Shown piece by piece: positions 45,267 to 59,034 of a DNA stretch of 64,000 bases (its first letter is position 1; each line of letters opens with the position of its first letter). The stretch is taken from positions 806,001 through 870,000 of the forward strand of contig OZ234493.1 of assembly GCA_965153455.1 (NCBI GenBank). The letters run 5' to 3'. A model generated the notes under the pieces. That model saw nothing but the letters and a program-made list of their open reading frames with translations, was not told the DNA's origin and did no database searches. Origin of the DNA: Sphagnum compactum (Eukaryota). A program made the position numbers and the translations under genes.

Positions 45267-48200
45267 TCATTCAAGGCCAACTTCATCCTCACCAGATGAC
45301 CTTTGAAGCTCTTCGGCAGCTAGAATTGCATCAGCTCTAGTCAATTCAATTGCACCAACAAGTGCCATGTTCCTTGGTACCTCTGGAAATTCCAGAGGCA
45401 CATCTACTCCAATTAAGTTGTCTACCATGGTAACTTCATCACTATCAGATACTAGGATGCGTTTGGACCTTGGTTCTTTGTGGAGGACAACCTTCCATCC
45501 TGGCATGTTAGGGTCATCTGCATAAAAAACCTGCTGCACCTGGGCTGGAAATACATAAGGTTCATCAACTCGTGCTTTCAATTGTCGAAAATTTACCAAC
45601 AAAAACCCATAATCATCACGTTTATATGTGGGATTCCCCCATCTGTCTAATCCATTTCTTACCCAATCACATTTGAATAATATTACTGGTTGGGATATAG
45701 GGCCATAGTCTAACAAAATTATGTCCTTCAATATCCCCACATATTGAAGCGCCCCAAGTCTCGTACCCTCTGTTGACTGCTGCTCTTGATGGAAAACTGA
45801 TGCAACTCCAGAATCGTATGTGGCACTTGTGTTGTCAGTGGTATTTATAGAAACTCTGTAATGATTTCCATATGCCTTCATTCTTGTGTACCTTGAAGCA
45901 AAAGGGGATGGCAAAACTGATAGATGGAGTGCATCTTGGTCTTCAAGCACGCCCCCTTGTGCGATATGGCTCCGAATTGCTTCACGAACCCAACTTGCCA
46001 AGTTTGCACCTCTTGGAGCTCTGGTGGAAACTCCACATGCCTGCTTCTTGTTCTATGCCCCATCCGCCATTGTGCTTCAAATTCTGCTTTTAACTGCCTT
46101 ATCCGAATTGTTTCTTGCTCATACATGCTACACCCCCAATAGCCAAGCCCCACATTAAGTTTATTGATTTTAATTAGTTGTTCAACAAGAAAGTAACTTA
46201 CCCATGCATCTTTGACCTCTTTACAATTTTCCAACAGGGGTTTAAGGGGTTAAGGGTTGTGTACCAAACCCACGGTGCTAAACATGCCACATTTGTGATC
46301 ACATATTGATGTGCCACATCTCGTGTTACAGGGTCCAGAGTCAACTTTGTGGCAGCCCCTTCCACAACTTCACCAAAACCCCTCCCTCTTCATGTGCATC
46401 CCAGATTCTATGTCGAACATGGCGGAAATCTTGTAGATATTCGATGACAAACCCAATTGTCTCGTCCAAAATGTAACCTTCTGCCATGGAAGCCTCTGGC
46501 CTTGACCTATTACGAACATAACCTTTGAAAACCTTCATGGCCCATTCTAGTGGGTACATCCAGCGAGTATGAACTGGGCCACAAATGTCTAGTTCTTCTA
46601 CAATGTGCAATGTTAAATGTGACATCACATCAAAAAATGCTCCCGGGATTTCCCATTCAAGCATGCTAAGAGTGATTGCTACATCTTCCCTTAGGGTTGG
46701 TAGGTCAATTGGATCCCAAACCTTTGCACATATGTTATGATACACTCGACTAAGGCGCATCAAACTTAAACGTACATGAGCATCCATTAGGCCCCTTAGA
46801 GCTAGAGGCATTAATTGTTGCATTAAAACATGCCAATCATGGCTCTTCATTAACCCAAGTTTCTTATCCATGATATGTTTTCCTAATGAGCCGCAATAAT
46901 CTATTGTCACTTTCAAAGAGGCTAACCTATTCATGAAAGTTTGGAGCTCTTCTGGTCTAAGGACATAGGGGGCAACAGGTTTAAAAATCTTGCCCGGCCT
47001 TTGAGGATCCCGTTTCAACCATAGATGTTCTCGGATTCCACACACTTCCATGTCCCGTCGAACCTTGATTGTGTCCTTCAATCCAAATATGAACTTGATC
47101 ATACTCTCACAAACATTCTTCTCAATGTGCATCACATCTAACGTGTGCCTGATGAGTAAATGTTGCAGCAACCACCATTTCGATTAAACAATGGTAATAT
47201 TTACACAATTTGTGCCTGGGAACTGCTATACCAAGATGTAAACACCCATATAATGATGCCACCCAATAATTGAAATCTCACAAATTGACAAATTTGAACA
47301 GGGACCAAAAATATGTTTGCCCATCCCAGGACTCCGCACTTATCTCTGATTCCAGAAATGAACCACTTGATGCCTCAGTTGTCCCAGTAAACAGTCCCTT
47401 TGATACAGCGTCTTTTGAAACCTTTGATGATGATGAAGATGAAGAACAACTAATCGCACTTGAAGACAAGATCTGGGTGGACTTAGAGGATGAGGCTGAT
47501 GATCTCCTAGACATGGAGTTAGAGGATGAAAGCCAAAAGACTGAATCGGCTTTGGAAGACACAAAAGTCTGTGATGATCCCCCAATGCTGCAAAGCACAC
47601 TTCATGACCAAAGAGTTTTAAGTACTGAACTGGATAATGACCAGATGACACAGCATAGTCTAGTGGATGTAGATATGGCTGTCGGACATGCTTCAGAGGA
47701 CCATGCAACAAAACAAAAATGTGTCCAGTGAGAAAAACCAATCAAGGGAGACTATGGATATGACCGAAGATGATGCAGGCATTTATGTCATAGCAACAAC
47801 AGCCAAGACCAGTAAGAACATCTCAGAAGGATCTCATAAAGAGGGTGAGAAAGGTAATGATGAAGTAAAAGGAATTCTGGAGCTTGAATTGAAGGTGAGA
47901 CAGATGGAGCGTGAACTGAAAAAGAAAGATGCAAATTTTACACATTTTGCTATCATGATGAGATGCATCTTTTAATGTTGTTGAAACCAGCTGGATCAGA
48001 AATCCATGGTATCGTCCAGTGTTGAACAATTGGACACTAACAATTCCAAACAGAACAGTGGTGTTACAGTGAGTCTAAACAAAGGGCTCTCAGAAGAGTC
48101 ACCATGGATTTGAGTCTGGTCATAATGGCAATGATAAGGGTCCATAATACAAGCTGTCCTTCACTCAATATGAATGTTGTTGCACATTCAATGTAGTGGT

Positions 48201-51200
48201 AGTCAATTCTGCACGTTACCTTGCATCTTCAGACAAAGTCCTACTTGAGTAAACTACGCAGGATGGCATCCTGCCTGAATTCATACACAATTTTTCTACA
48301 TCCTTACCCACCTCAACTCCTGGAATAGAGAGGTTTGTCAAGCAATTGAGAAAATAACTTCTATTTGCATATGCAACAGTGCATCATGACCACTAGTTGC
48401 TTGCATGTAGCAAAGGGCATGTGCAATATGCATAGATATAGCAAAACCAAACTGCAATATCCCAGAATGATTTTGGAGAGGTACAGTAATGGTGTATACA
48501 AGGAACCATATTTCCCAATTTCCAGCAACATAGGGACTAACCTATTATGCTTCACAACATATCAAGGTTCTGAGATGATCAGTGTACTGATGGAGTCACA
48601 AAGTCTCAGAGGTTGACTCCATCCCTAGGAGGTTGAGAACCCAAGTTTAATTGCTTCATCTTCTTTGTAAACTATCTAGAGGGCTGGTCACCCATGGACA
48701 AGACCAGCAGATGCTCTGCAGCTGTGCCACCAGTATGGCCCACACCATTTCAACCTCACCTGGACTCCAGGGCCCTCAAGGAGCACAATTTTCTTCTATG
48801 GACTTCTATGCACAAGTTGTTTGCTTGAAGTTACCATGACCAATTCGTCATTTCTTGAAAAAAGAACAAAATCCTTGGAGCAAAAAGGAGGAGAAAAATC
48901 TGTGAAGAACACGATACATTTTTGGGCTTCTTTGGCAACCCGTAATTTGGGTCTTCCATCATCAATCCTGATAAGAAAAGGCCTTCTTGAGTCACAAACA
49001 ATGATACAGTTGGAATGAAATGAATCGTGGAAGAATGGACTGATGAGTGAAAGTGGTACTAATAAGGGAGTTCTCATAAGAGTGAGGAATACCAGATTGT
49101 GACTCATCAATAAGTCCACACTCCAAAAATACTTAGTGATTCATGTAGTACACTAAATTCCAGAAAATTACATGAACCAACCAGGTGTCTGAATTGGTCA
49201 CTTTATGTTCCAGATATTCACATGAAGATGAATAAGAAGGTAAATACTTCTTGGATAGCCAAGTGCAAAAGTAAACTGAATCTAAAGGGCAGTGGACTGA
49301 TTGAAGAGTCCCTAAGCAGAGTAGTTTAATATACAACGAGCAACTGCATTGAAAGGTAACACTATATTGAAAATGAGGGGGTTGTGACATAGATGAGCCA
49401 AATGAGGGAGGAAGCACAGGAAAGAAAAAGGGTCTGAAAGCTTGAATTGGAAAACAAAAAGTGTGAAACCAATGATCACTTGGGTGGACTTAGAGGATGA
49501 GGCTGATGATCTCCTATACATGGAGTTAGAGGATGAGAGCCAAAAGACTGAATCTGCTTTGGAAGACACAAAAGTCTGTGATGATCCCTCAATGCTGCAA
49601 AGCACACTTCATGACCAAAGAGTTTTAAGTACTGGACTGGATAATGACTAGATGACACAGCATAGTCTAGTGGATGTAGATATGGCTGCCGGACATGCTT
49701 CAGAGGACCATGCAACAAAACAAAAATGTGTCCAATGACAAAAACCAATCAAGGCAGACTATGGATACGATTGAAGATGATGCAGGCATTTATATGTCAC
49801 AGCAACACCAGCCAAGACTAGTAAGAACATCTCAGAAGGATCTCATAAAGAAGGTGAGAAAGGTAATGATGAAGTAAACAGAATTCTGGAGCTTGAATTG
49901 AGGGTGAGATAGATGGAGCGTGAACTGAAAGAGAAAGATGCAAAGCTACGACAAGAAGCTGCAGTTGAACAAGAGAGAATTGAGATGCTTGAAAAGAGGT
50001 TCTTGGAAAGTTCAAGGCCATTGATGCTGGAACGAAAGCAGCGAAGACAAAATTTGAGGGAGGAAGCACATGAAAGAAAAAGGGTCTGAAAGTTGTGAAT
50101 CGGTTGACAAAAAATGTGAAACCAATGATCACCTTTGGATCAGCAAACATGTCAAAACTCAACAGGCCTAAACATGTAACACAATTGAGGTGGGTGGGCT
50201 GAATAATTCATGCTCACCTCCCAATACGGCAGACCCCAAAATGCACATAAACGCTTCATCCCACTGCTTGTCGGTGGACACCCTTTTGCCCCCAACACAT
50301 TTCCTGCAGCCACCCACTTTTCAGTGGCGTGGGCTTGTCTTTTCACCTTAGCAGCTGTTATTAGATCTGGCCTTCCCCTTAACTCCTCATGACCATTAAA
50401 ATGTTGGGCAATGGGATGAATTCTATATGGGTGATTTCGATTCAGCCACCTCCGATTTCCTTCAAACACTACCTTTCCCAACTCCTTTGACCATCGACTA
50501 GTTGTCCCTGATCCACATGGAGGGCATGTTTTGTAACCTTGATGTTGGCATCCAGAAACTAAGCCATACCCGGGAAAATCATGAATCGTCCACATCAATA
50601 TGGCCCTCATTAAAAATTGCCTTCTACCTATAGGTTGTAGTATGTCAAGCCCTCTAACCCCCTCCCATAATTCTTGGAGTTCTTCAATTAGAGGACTTAT
50701 TAGGACATCAAAGTTTGCACTCTTAACACTCTCAGGCCCTGGAATTATGATAGATAAGAGCATGAAGAACTTCTTTGTGACTAGCCATGGTGGGAGGTTA
50801 TAGATTAGGAGTAATACTGGCCAAGTGGACCAAGCATTGTTTTTGTCCCCAAAAGGGTTCACCCCATCGGTGGCCAAACCTAGTCTTACATTTCTAGGTT
50901 CAATTGCAAAATCAGGCCATGTATTATCAATGTGTTGCCATGCTTTGCTGTCAGGCACATGGCGAACTTTCCCATCTGTGCTCTTGTTTCTAGCATGCCA
51001 TGTCATCATCTCTGATGTCTGTCGAGCTCGGTACATACGTAGCAACCGAGGAATTAAAGGGAAGTGCCGCAGAACTTTTTGTGGAACAAGAGACGTGCCA
51101 AATTTCTTGTACCGAGTAGCCCCGCACTTTGGACAAGCCTCCAATGTAGAATACTGCTTCCGAAATAAAATGCAGCCATTCACACATGCATGGATGTGCT

Positions 51201-52059
51201 TGTAGTCTAGGCCTACTTTCCTAGTAACGCTCTTAGCTGCATACATGCTAGGTGGCAGAAGGTTATCCTTTGGCAGTAGGTGCTTATGAAGGGGTGCTAA
51301 TAACTCATCCATGAACTTGTTGGATACGCCATGCACTGTGCAAACATTCATCAACAGTAATGTTGATGCTAGCTTTGTGCACCTTGCACCATTGTACAAA
51401 GGCTGACATGCTTCCCATAGACAATTGGCCTCAGTTGAGATGTCATCATCACTTGCTACTGATGGGGGCCCTGTTTCACCTAGTCCCATGTCATTGTCCA
51501 CACCCCCCTGTCCCCTATCATGGTTATTTTGGTCGGGCATGCTTTCAGGCAATGCTGCTAACTCTTCCATGATCTTGATGGCATTCTGCACCATGCCTGT
51601 TACCTCCATTCCCTCTACATTATGGTCTGAAGACAAATTTGCAACCCTCTCACCCTCATGTTTTTCCTCTGGCATTTGGAATAGGTCATCCAAAAGTTGG
51701 TTCACATTCACAGCCTCATCCACTACCTGCACCTCCACCTCTGTTCCCATTGGGTTTACTGCTGCCCTGCTTGCTTCAACCCACTCTTCATCAGAGTGGT
51801 TAGTTGGGCCTGGGCCTTTCCACACTCTAAATAATGGATGCCTCCCATTTAGGATTAGGTGGTTTCTAACTGTCCTAAGTAAAACCATTCTGCCCGTTCC
51901 TTCACATTTGGCGCATGGACATCGCATCTTGTCCACCCCATGTTGTGTGGCCCATGTGAGCTCCCGCTTCCACAACTTGTCATCCCTTGCTTTTTGCCTT
52001 CTTGGGTCATCCAAAGGCATTGACATTATGTCTTCCTTCAAATAATGATGGAATGACAA
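45267..52059 (-). pseudogene. En-Spm/CACTA transposase (transposase-associated domain + Transposase_21/Tnp2, DUF4218-like, DUF4216-like); segments 52059-50218, ~47162-46341, ~46115-45267
   Basis: MRCPCAKC..HLILNG, IHACVNGCILF..CPKCG, LRHFPLIPRL, PRNVRLGLATDGVNPF, WTIHDFPGYG, HTLDVMHIEKNV, MKSHDWHVLMQ, FFDVMSHL..CGPVHTRWMYPLE, LFKCDWV, EPYVFPAQVQQVFY. The expected acceptor at ~47163 reads CAA, and later segments shift frame. Confidence 0.93.
47476..50132 (+). repeat. Tandem duplication of a ~650-bp acidic/coiled-coil-coding unit inside the transposase intron; the first copy is interrupted by ~1.47 kb of unrelated DNA
   Basis: ggacttagaggatgaggctgatgatctcct at 47480 and 49486. Tail gagggaggaagcac..aaaccaatgatcac at ~49404-49479 and ~50056-50131. 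Confidence 0.9.
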
Positions 52060-52728
52060 GAAATCTTGACCAGAACTCCTTCACAGTAAGTGGCAAAATT
52101 GGACAACATCACACTATTATGAAACCAGGAAATGATAACTTGCACTCAGATATCCAATCAGGTAAATCCTAATTGCAAGCTTTCAAATAAAATCTTCAAA
52201 CTACTAGAGTCTTGACAATGAAATGTATGAATGTGGTTCCATGGACAATCTCCACCAAATCGTGCAACGTAACAAAACAAATGTTGTGTCTTTTCCAGCC
52301 TGTGAGTACCATAATCATCATCATCCTCTTCATTGTGAATGGCAGTGGGTACAATTAAATAGATGATAATATGCTCACACCTCGTGCAAAATTTCGGAAA
52401 AGCAGATCAGAGATACATACTCAAGTGATCAAGAGCTGAAGGAGGCATGACCCCTGAAATGCAACCACAGCCACCAATCACCAAATAGAACATTGAAAAC
52501 ACATCCATTAGCTCCTCTGTCACAAAGTGGAGATCAATTCCAGACAAAAATCTTTCCTTCCATTGACCTTAATTCATCACAAAAGTCTTATACAACTGTG
52601 CATCTCATACCTTTATCTCCATTTTCAAGATGTGGCTGTCACCTACATTCCAAGGACAGGTTTTGCATGTGAAATGGCTTTCAAGAGGGGTTCCTCATGT
52701 TGTGCTAGTTGATGCGTTGGTCTTGCAG

Positions 52729-53849
52729 GTCTTGCATCTCTCAGAGGTCATCTGATCTATGATGATACATCTGAGGCAGCTGAGGAATTAGATAGATCCA
52801 ACAATGTGTCCGATGGAAAATTTGATATGGTAGAAGATGAGAGAGTTGCTAAAGCAGTCATCGGAGAAGTCAATCTCCGTAAGCAGGAAGAGGACATAGC
52901 TGGTGAATCGGCTACTGCTGCTGCCCACATGTCCCCTCTTTTTGAAACTAGACCTGCTCCAACTCTACAGCATAAGCCTGCATTTCCTGCAGAAGAGCCA
53001 AAGTTGGAAGAGATTGAAGGACAAGGGTTACATCTGAACTGTCTTGATGAACTTTATACATCTCTTGAAGCTGAAAATTGTGATACATTTATGTCAGTGG
53101 GAACACTGGACATCTCTGAGGGGCTCCTCCCTGAGAGGAATCTGGAGATGCCAAGGGATGACAGATCTAAAAATGAGGTAAATTAGAAGGAGCAGAAACC
53201 TTGTGAGGAACAAACTATGGTCTTTGCAACTAACACCAATCACCCAGTTGCTTCAAAGCAGATGCTAGACAATGCAGGGGATTACCCAGTGGAAACTTAT
53301 GAGAGACAAGAAGATGAGAGCTCTGGAGACACATCTGCTGAGGTGTCCCTGAATTTCAATCCAAGTCATGCTCCAACTATGCAGGACAATTTTGTGGTCC
53401 CTGCAAAGGAACTGGTGACAATTGATGGTGTGGGTGAATATGTGCATCTTACTATTCCAATTCTTCTTTTCTCTGTTGCCTCAGATAAGAGGTAGAGTAG
53501 TTGGATTATGACAACTATCCAGTATCTCGAAATGGAACCTGTAATGCTACAGAACAGTTGGAAGAACTAGCTAAGATAGAAGGATTTCAAGGGGTCAATG
53601 ATTTGGATGAAAAAAAAAACCAGCTTACCTACTGGCGAAGGTACCCACTTGAACTCATGTATGAAGACATTACATGCTCCAAGCATGCAAGAGAGTTGTG
53701 CATATCAGGCAATGAAGACAGCTTCAGAGAAAGATTCAGGTGAATCAGTGGATCTGCAGTCCAGCCACACTCTATTGGGTACCTCACTTGCTGCAACTGG
53801 AGACAATGAAGAAGAGACAACAAGTGGGGAACTGATATTTCCAAACTAG
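52729..53849 (+). pseudogene. Broken acidic low-complexity ORF chain divergent from the transposase, function unknown
   Basis: Acceptor ttgcag| at 52728. Consecutive E/D-rich ORFs (52806-53186, 53217-53495, 53501-53849) with the internal repeat APTLQ/APTMQ/APSMQ. Confidence 0.45.
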
Positions 53850-55404
53850 ATGTAAAGAACACGCTAGGGTGAAATCAGATACAGTTTAGGGTTCATGAAT
53901 GACCTTGTCTATGAATGAGGCTGAGTAGCATCAGTGGTTCTGCTCAAATGGTGCCGAGGGGTACAACATTCCACGCCCTCCATAAAACTTCACATCAAGT
54001 AGCCAACGAAGGCATACAAAGTTAGAATTCTTGTGCAAGCAATCTTCTGCATATTCTTTTGTCCCCATACAAACAAATGCCTAACACCTACTTGTTATAC
54101 TCATGCATTAGTATGTGATTGAGCTCCATCCACAATGCCTAACCCCTACTTGTTACACTCCTGCCTAACATACTGGAAAAGGCAAAGGCACCACATAACT
54201 TAGAAACTCTCCGATGTCTCGCAAATTCACCACATCGTCTGAAAAATCCTAGCTTAGAGAGTGCAATATGTTGGTGATCGATATGATGTTTTAAGTCTAG
54301 ATAGCACAAGGGGCAAGACAAGCAACTTGGGTGTCAAGACAAGGTGGCCTTGGGCATCACAAAAATAGACCCTATGTTGCATGGTCCCAAGAAGGGTACA
54401 CTGTGATAAAGTCACCTTACCCTGCACCTGTATGGGGCCGAGGACACGACAGCCCACGGCTTATGACAGAATGATTTTAAGTTGTGTAAGGGCCATGACA
54501 CTGTGGGCTGGGTTCCCTGACACTATGACATGGGCCCATGACAAAATGGAATGGACTTAGGTTACCAAAGGGTAGGACACGAATGCATCACTACTAGGAT
54601 AGAATGATCCTAGCTAGGTTGCAGGGGGTGGGGACTATGGAATACCAAAAGAGCCATATTGGACTTGATTCTAGGACTATGCCAAAGTGGCCAACCTGGG
54701 GCCGAGATGCCAAAAATATATTTTGACTCTAACCCAGAGCTGCTTAAAATGATCCCAACCCTAAGCGAAAATGCTCAAAAGTATTTACAACCTAGATCAA
54801 ATTCCTAAAAAATTTGTCTAACATCATGATTTGCCACCATATTGTGGCATCATATTTTACACAAAATAAATTATATTATCTCAAGAGAGAAAGCTTACAT
54901 CATACTAACTAGCCACCTAGTTACCATGCTGATGAGTATTCACTAGTTTACTGATGTCCTGACGACTTCTCGTACCTTACCTCAGGGTCAGTTTCGTCAT
55001 TAAACAATCCTTGAAATAGTGAAACATTTTTAATGAAAATACGAATTTGAAATACTGAAAACCATCACATAATTTTATCAGAAGATGAAATTTGAGTAAT
55101 TTCATTCTTCCTATGACAACTTATCAATTTACTGATCATGAAAATAATAAAGTTAAGTTTAAGTTTATATATATATAGAAAAGTAATGGTAATTCGTTTT
55201 ATCAACATGGAAGCTGACCTTAGGGTACAATATGTGAGTTTCCCTCCCCCCACCAGTGATTGTTTTGGGAGCAAATTTTTTCCTTGTTTGGGAACAAAAT
55301 TAGGGCAATTTTTTAAAAATTTGTTTTTCTAGTGTAATGTCGACCAATTTCATTAATTTTTGGGGCAAATTTTGATACAATTTGGACATCACAAGGTGTG
55401 CATC

Positions 55405-56335
55405 ACACCATGGCCTTGCCATTTACATAAAAAATTATCTTGAGGCAAAAGAAGAATTATGGAAACTCGAATAGTTCACCATGTAAAAATATAAAATAAA
55501 AAAGATCCTCTAAAAAAAACCAAAATCCTTCAAGATATATTATAACTTCATATCTAATTTCAAGTTTGAACACAAGCCAAAATTACCATCTTTAAAAAAT
55601 CCTCATACAAAAATCGACCTATTATTACCTAGGGGCGAAAATCCCTTAAGCTACTTATAACTCTACAATGAATCTAAACACAATATCCTTGCCTTGGTAG
55701 GCAAGGCCAACAACCAAAAAACGTGGATGGTTTTTTAGTGGAGGAGAAGTAAGTGTGAACAGAAGTAAACTAAACAGAGAATCATTGGGGGTGAGAGACA
55801 CCCAAACAAGACAAGAGTCCACCCCCTGTTGTCATTCATACTTTTGGCACAATAATGAATGCCCACTTGCAAAGCCTTGCAAATTTGGCTCCAAAGGCCA
55901 GAGACAAATAATTGTGGAAAAAACCAATTTATAATGATCAAACCTTCCATGCCAAGGCAAGGCTTACAAGTCATGCTCTTTTTAGTCATTTTGGACAGGT
56001 TTTTTTGTCTCTTTCCAAGGGAAGACAAGAGGGTCTCACACCATGGCCTTCCCATTTACATTCAAACGTATTCCAAAGCAAAACAAAACTTATGGAAACT
56101 CAAATATTTTACCATGCAAGATGTAATTTACAAAAAATCCTCTACAAGAAACCAACATGCTTTCAGATATTATAACTCTGTAACTAATCTCAAGTTTCAA
56201 CACAAGCCAAAATATCATCTTTCAAAAATCCTCATATCAAAATAGACCTATTACCTAGGGGTCAAAATCCCTTAAACTATGATACTCTATGATGAATCTA
56301 AACACAATATCCTACCCTTGGTATGGAAGGCTAAT
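55405..56335. repeat. Direct repeat, 2 x ~300 bp (55405-55710, 56037-56335); partial third copy at 57979-58070
   Basis: cacaccatggcctt.ccatttacat, ttatggaaactc, acacaagccaaaat, tattacctagggg and tgaatctaaacacaat are shared. Confidence 0.85.
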
Positions 56336-57437
56336 AAAGGTGTAAATACATGAAGTCCATGTCATGATATTTACATTAATTTTACTCAATTTTTTATACA
56401 TGTTTGTAATTTAGATTATTTCATTTGTTTTGTACACAACAGTTCATATTAATTAACATAAGGTTATAAATGCAACTTAACTTAAATTACATATGAATGA
56501 GATAAATTGAGATACTTAATAATGGAATCTATTTTTGAAATAAACAAAATATCAATTCATTTCCCTCCCTTTTCCTACTTATGGAGATATATGCCCAAGT
56601 ACTTTTTCTTTCAAGCTATCTATGGTTATGTGAAAGAACAAATAGAACAATGGTTGCCATGTAGATAGAACAAACCTTCTCAAACCTATTTGTTCTATTT
56701 ACACGCGCGGCAAACCACTTACCACGGTAAACCCTACATACTTTAAAGCATAGTTGGTTTTACCAGGGTAGTGTGAAGTAGAAGTAAAAAGGTTTCACAA
56801 GTAAGATTGGAACCTTGGTAACTCAGTTGTGGTTCATCCATAATGGAGTCATAAATGGGTCATCCTTCACAGGCAAAGCCAACAAAGGATGTGTGTGTTT
56901 AGGATCTAAATCAATAGATGGTATAGGCTATCAAATGGGGGTTGTTTTTTTTTTGGGGGGGAGTTACAATCACTTCCCAAGGTGGGCAATAAAAGCCCCC
57001 CCCCTACATTAGGTCATTAGTTTGTTGGGACACCACCCAAATTCCAATGCATAATTTATCCATATGAAATATATGCAAACATGGTTCCAAATTGCATACG
57101 CTGATCTCCATCAATGCCTTTGCACTGATGTCTAATAATGAAAAAAACTAGAGCATTATTCTATGGATTGGCTCTACCAGAATTTGCTACTTATTCGATA
57201 GTACTTACCACCAAGGAAAAGTTGCCTGTACTTATAGTCCATGTTTGTATACATTAATGGGCCTAAGCTCAAAGCCCCCATTGCCCATGGGCTCCTAATT
57301 TATGGTTAAGGCTAACATATGTAGTCTTGTACACCAAAAAGATTATGGGAGATCTCCCAATCCAGGAGGAAGTGAGAAATTGTGCTGGTGAGGTGCCCTC
57401 CAAATGCAGTATCAAATTTCTGGGAGGTTGTTAATGT

Positions 57438-57978
57438 CAAAAAGTGTGAAACCAATGATCACCCTTGGACTTAGAGGATGAGGCTGATGATCTCCTAGAC
57501 ATGGAGTTAGAGGATGAGAGCCAAAAGACTGAATCTGCTTTGGAAGACATAAAAGTATGTGATGATCCCCCAATGCTGCAAAGCACACTTCATGACCAAA
57601 GAGTTTTAAGTACTGAACTAGATAATGACCAGATGACACAGCATAGTCCAGTGGATGTAGATATGGCTACCGGACATGCTTCAGAGGACCATGCAACAAA
57701 ACAAAAATGTGTCCAGTGAGAAAAACCAATCAAGGCAGACTATGGATATGACTGAAGATGATGCAGGCATTTATGTCACAGCAACAACAGCTAAGACCAT
57801 TAAGAACATCTCAGAAGGATTTCATAAAGAGGGTGAGAAAGGTAATGATGAAGTAAAAAGAATTCTGGAGCTTGAATTGAAGGTGAGACAGATGGAGCGT
57901 GAACTGAAAGAGAAAGATGCAAAGCTACGACCAGTAGCTGCAGTTGAGCAAGAGAGAATTGAGATGCTTGAAAAGAGG
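57438..57978 (+). repeat. Third copy of the acidic unit from the transposase intron
   Basis: Encodes DLEDEADDLLDMELEDESQKTESALED...ELELKVRQMERELKEKDAKLR, near-identical to the 47480 and 49486 copies. Confidence 0.92.
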
Positions 57979-59034
57979 CCTATTATTACCTAGGGGCCAA
58001 AATACCTTAAGCTACTATACTATATAATGAATCTAAACACAATTTTCTTGCCTACCAAGGCAAGGCCAATAAAAACATTGCCTCCCACCTTTCTCTTTTC
58101 CCATTGTACTGCATAACTCCCAGTGCCGACTCTCTAGTACATAATACCTTGTGAACTTCGATACAAATGCTCATCAAATCCTTAATCAATTCTAACATTT
58201 TCATTTTGACAAATGGGACATATTCTTCAAGGTTCAATCTTTTCCTTCACAAAATGTATCTTTTTCTTTGGGAGATCGCTTTCGGGTGAAAATTGCATCA
58301 CTGATGAAAATATCATAATTAGTGCCAAAGCTGCATGCCATGGCAGCCTACTAAGGAATAGTTAAATTCCCACATAACATTAAATTTTGTGGGAATCTGT
58401 GATGTGACGAAAAAGTGACATGGGTGGGCATTATGTCACATACTTCTGCTAGAAGAAAACCATAATTCTATTTTTTAGTGCAAATAATGAACTTGAAAAA
58501 GTGGTAGGATGACATAAACCAAATTTAACTCTATATATTTATTTATTTATTTAGTTTACCTACTAGCGAATATTTTTTTCGCCAAATTTTACACTGTGTC
58601 TACAATATATATAAAGTTGTAAATTTTCGGTTTTTTTCTGTAAATTCAACATAAAGCAAGCCATAAGTTTTGAAACCATGAAATTGGAAAAGGGACAAAA
58701 TGGAAAAAGACATGGTTACATAGTGGTATGTAATGTATGTAAATCACAATGTTTCTCGAAAATATGATCGCTAACCCCATGTGAGGATTTATTGCACACC
58801 TTCACCACTAAGATATGCACTCACAATAAAAGACCCGATTGGAAGTGGAACTACTATGTAGTGTAGTCTAACAAGTAAGGTGGTTCGAAGTAAGTAATGA
58901 AATTCACTAAAAAAATATTCTAATGCGTTGTGTCCAAATCTCATGAGTTTTTATTTTATTTTATGTCTTTGACCAAAGTTAAGCCCCGAAACTAAAAACC
59001 ATTTGCTTTCATTGAGGAAAACAAAACAAATATC

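Noticed and set aside
51425-52045. 206-aa plus-strand ORF
   Set aside because: Antisense shadow of the transposase exon.
55005-55021. TAGTG at 55017-55021 as the partner CACTA TIR
   Set aside because: It matches the 39253 TIR only over CACTA, the 3-bp flanks differ (aat vs aaa), and there are no subterminal repeats.
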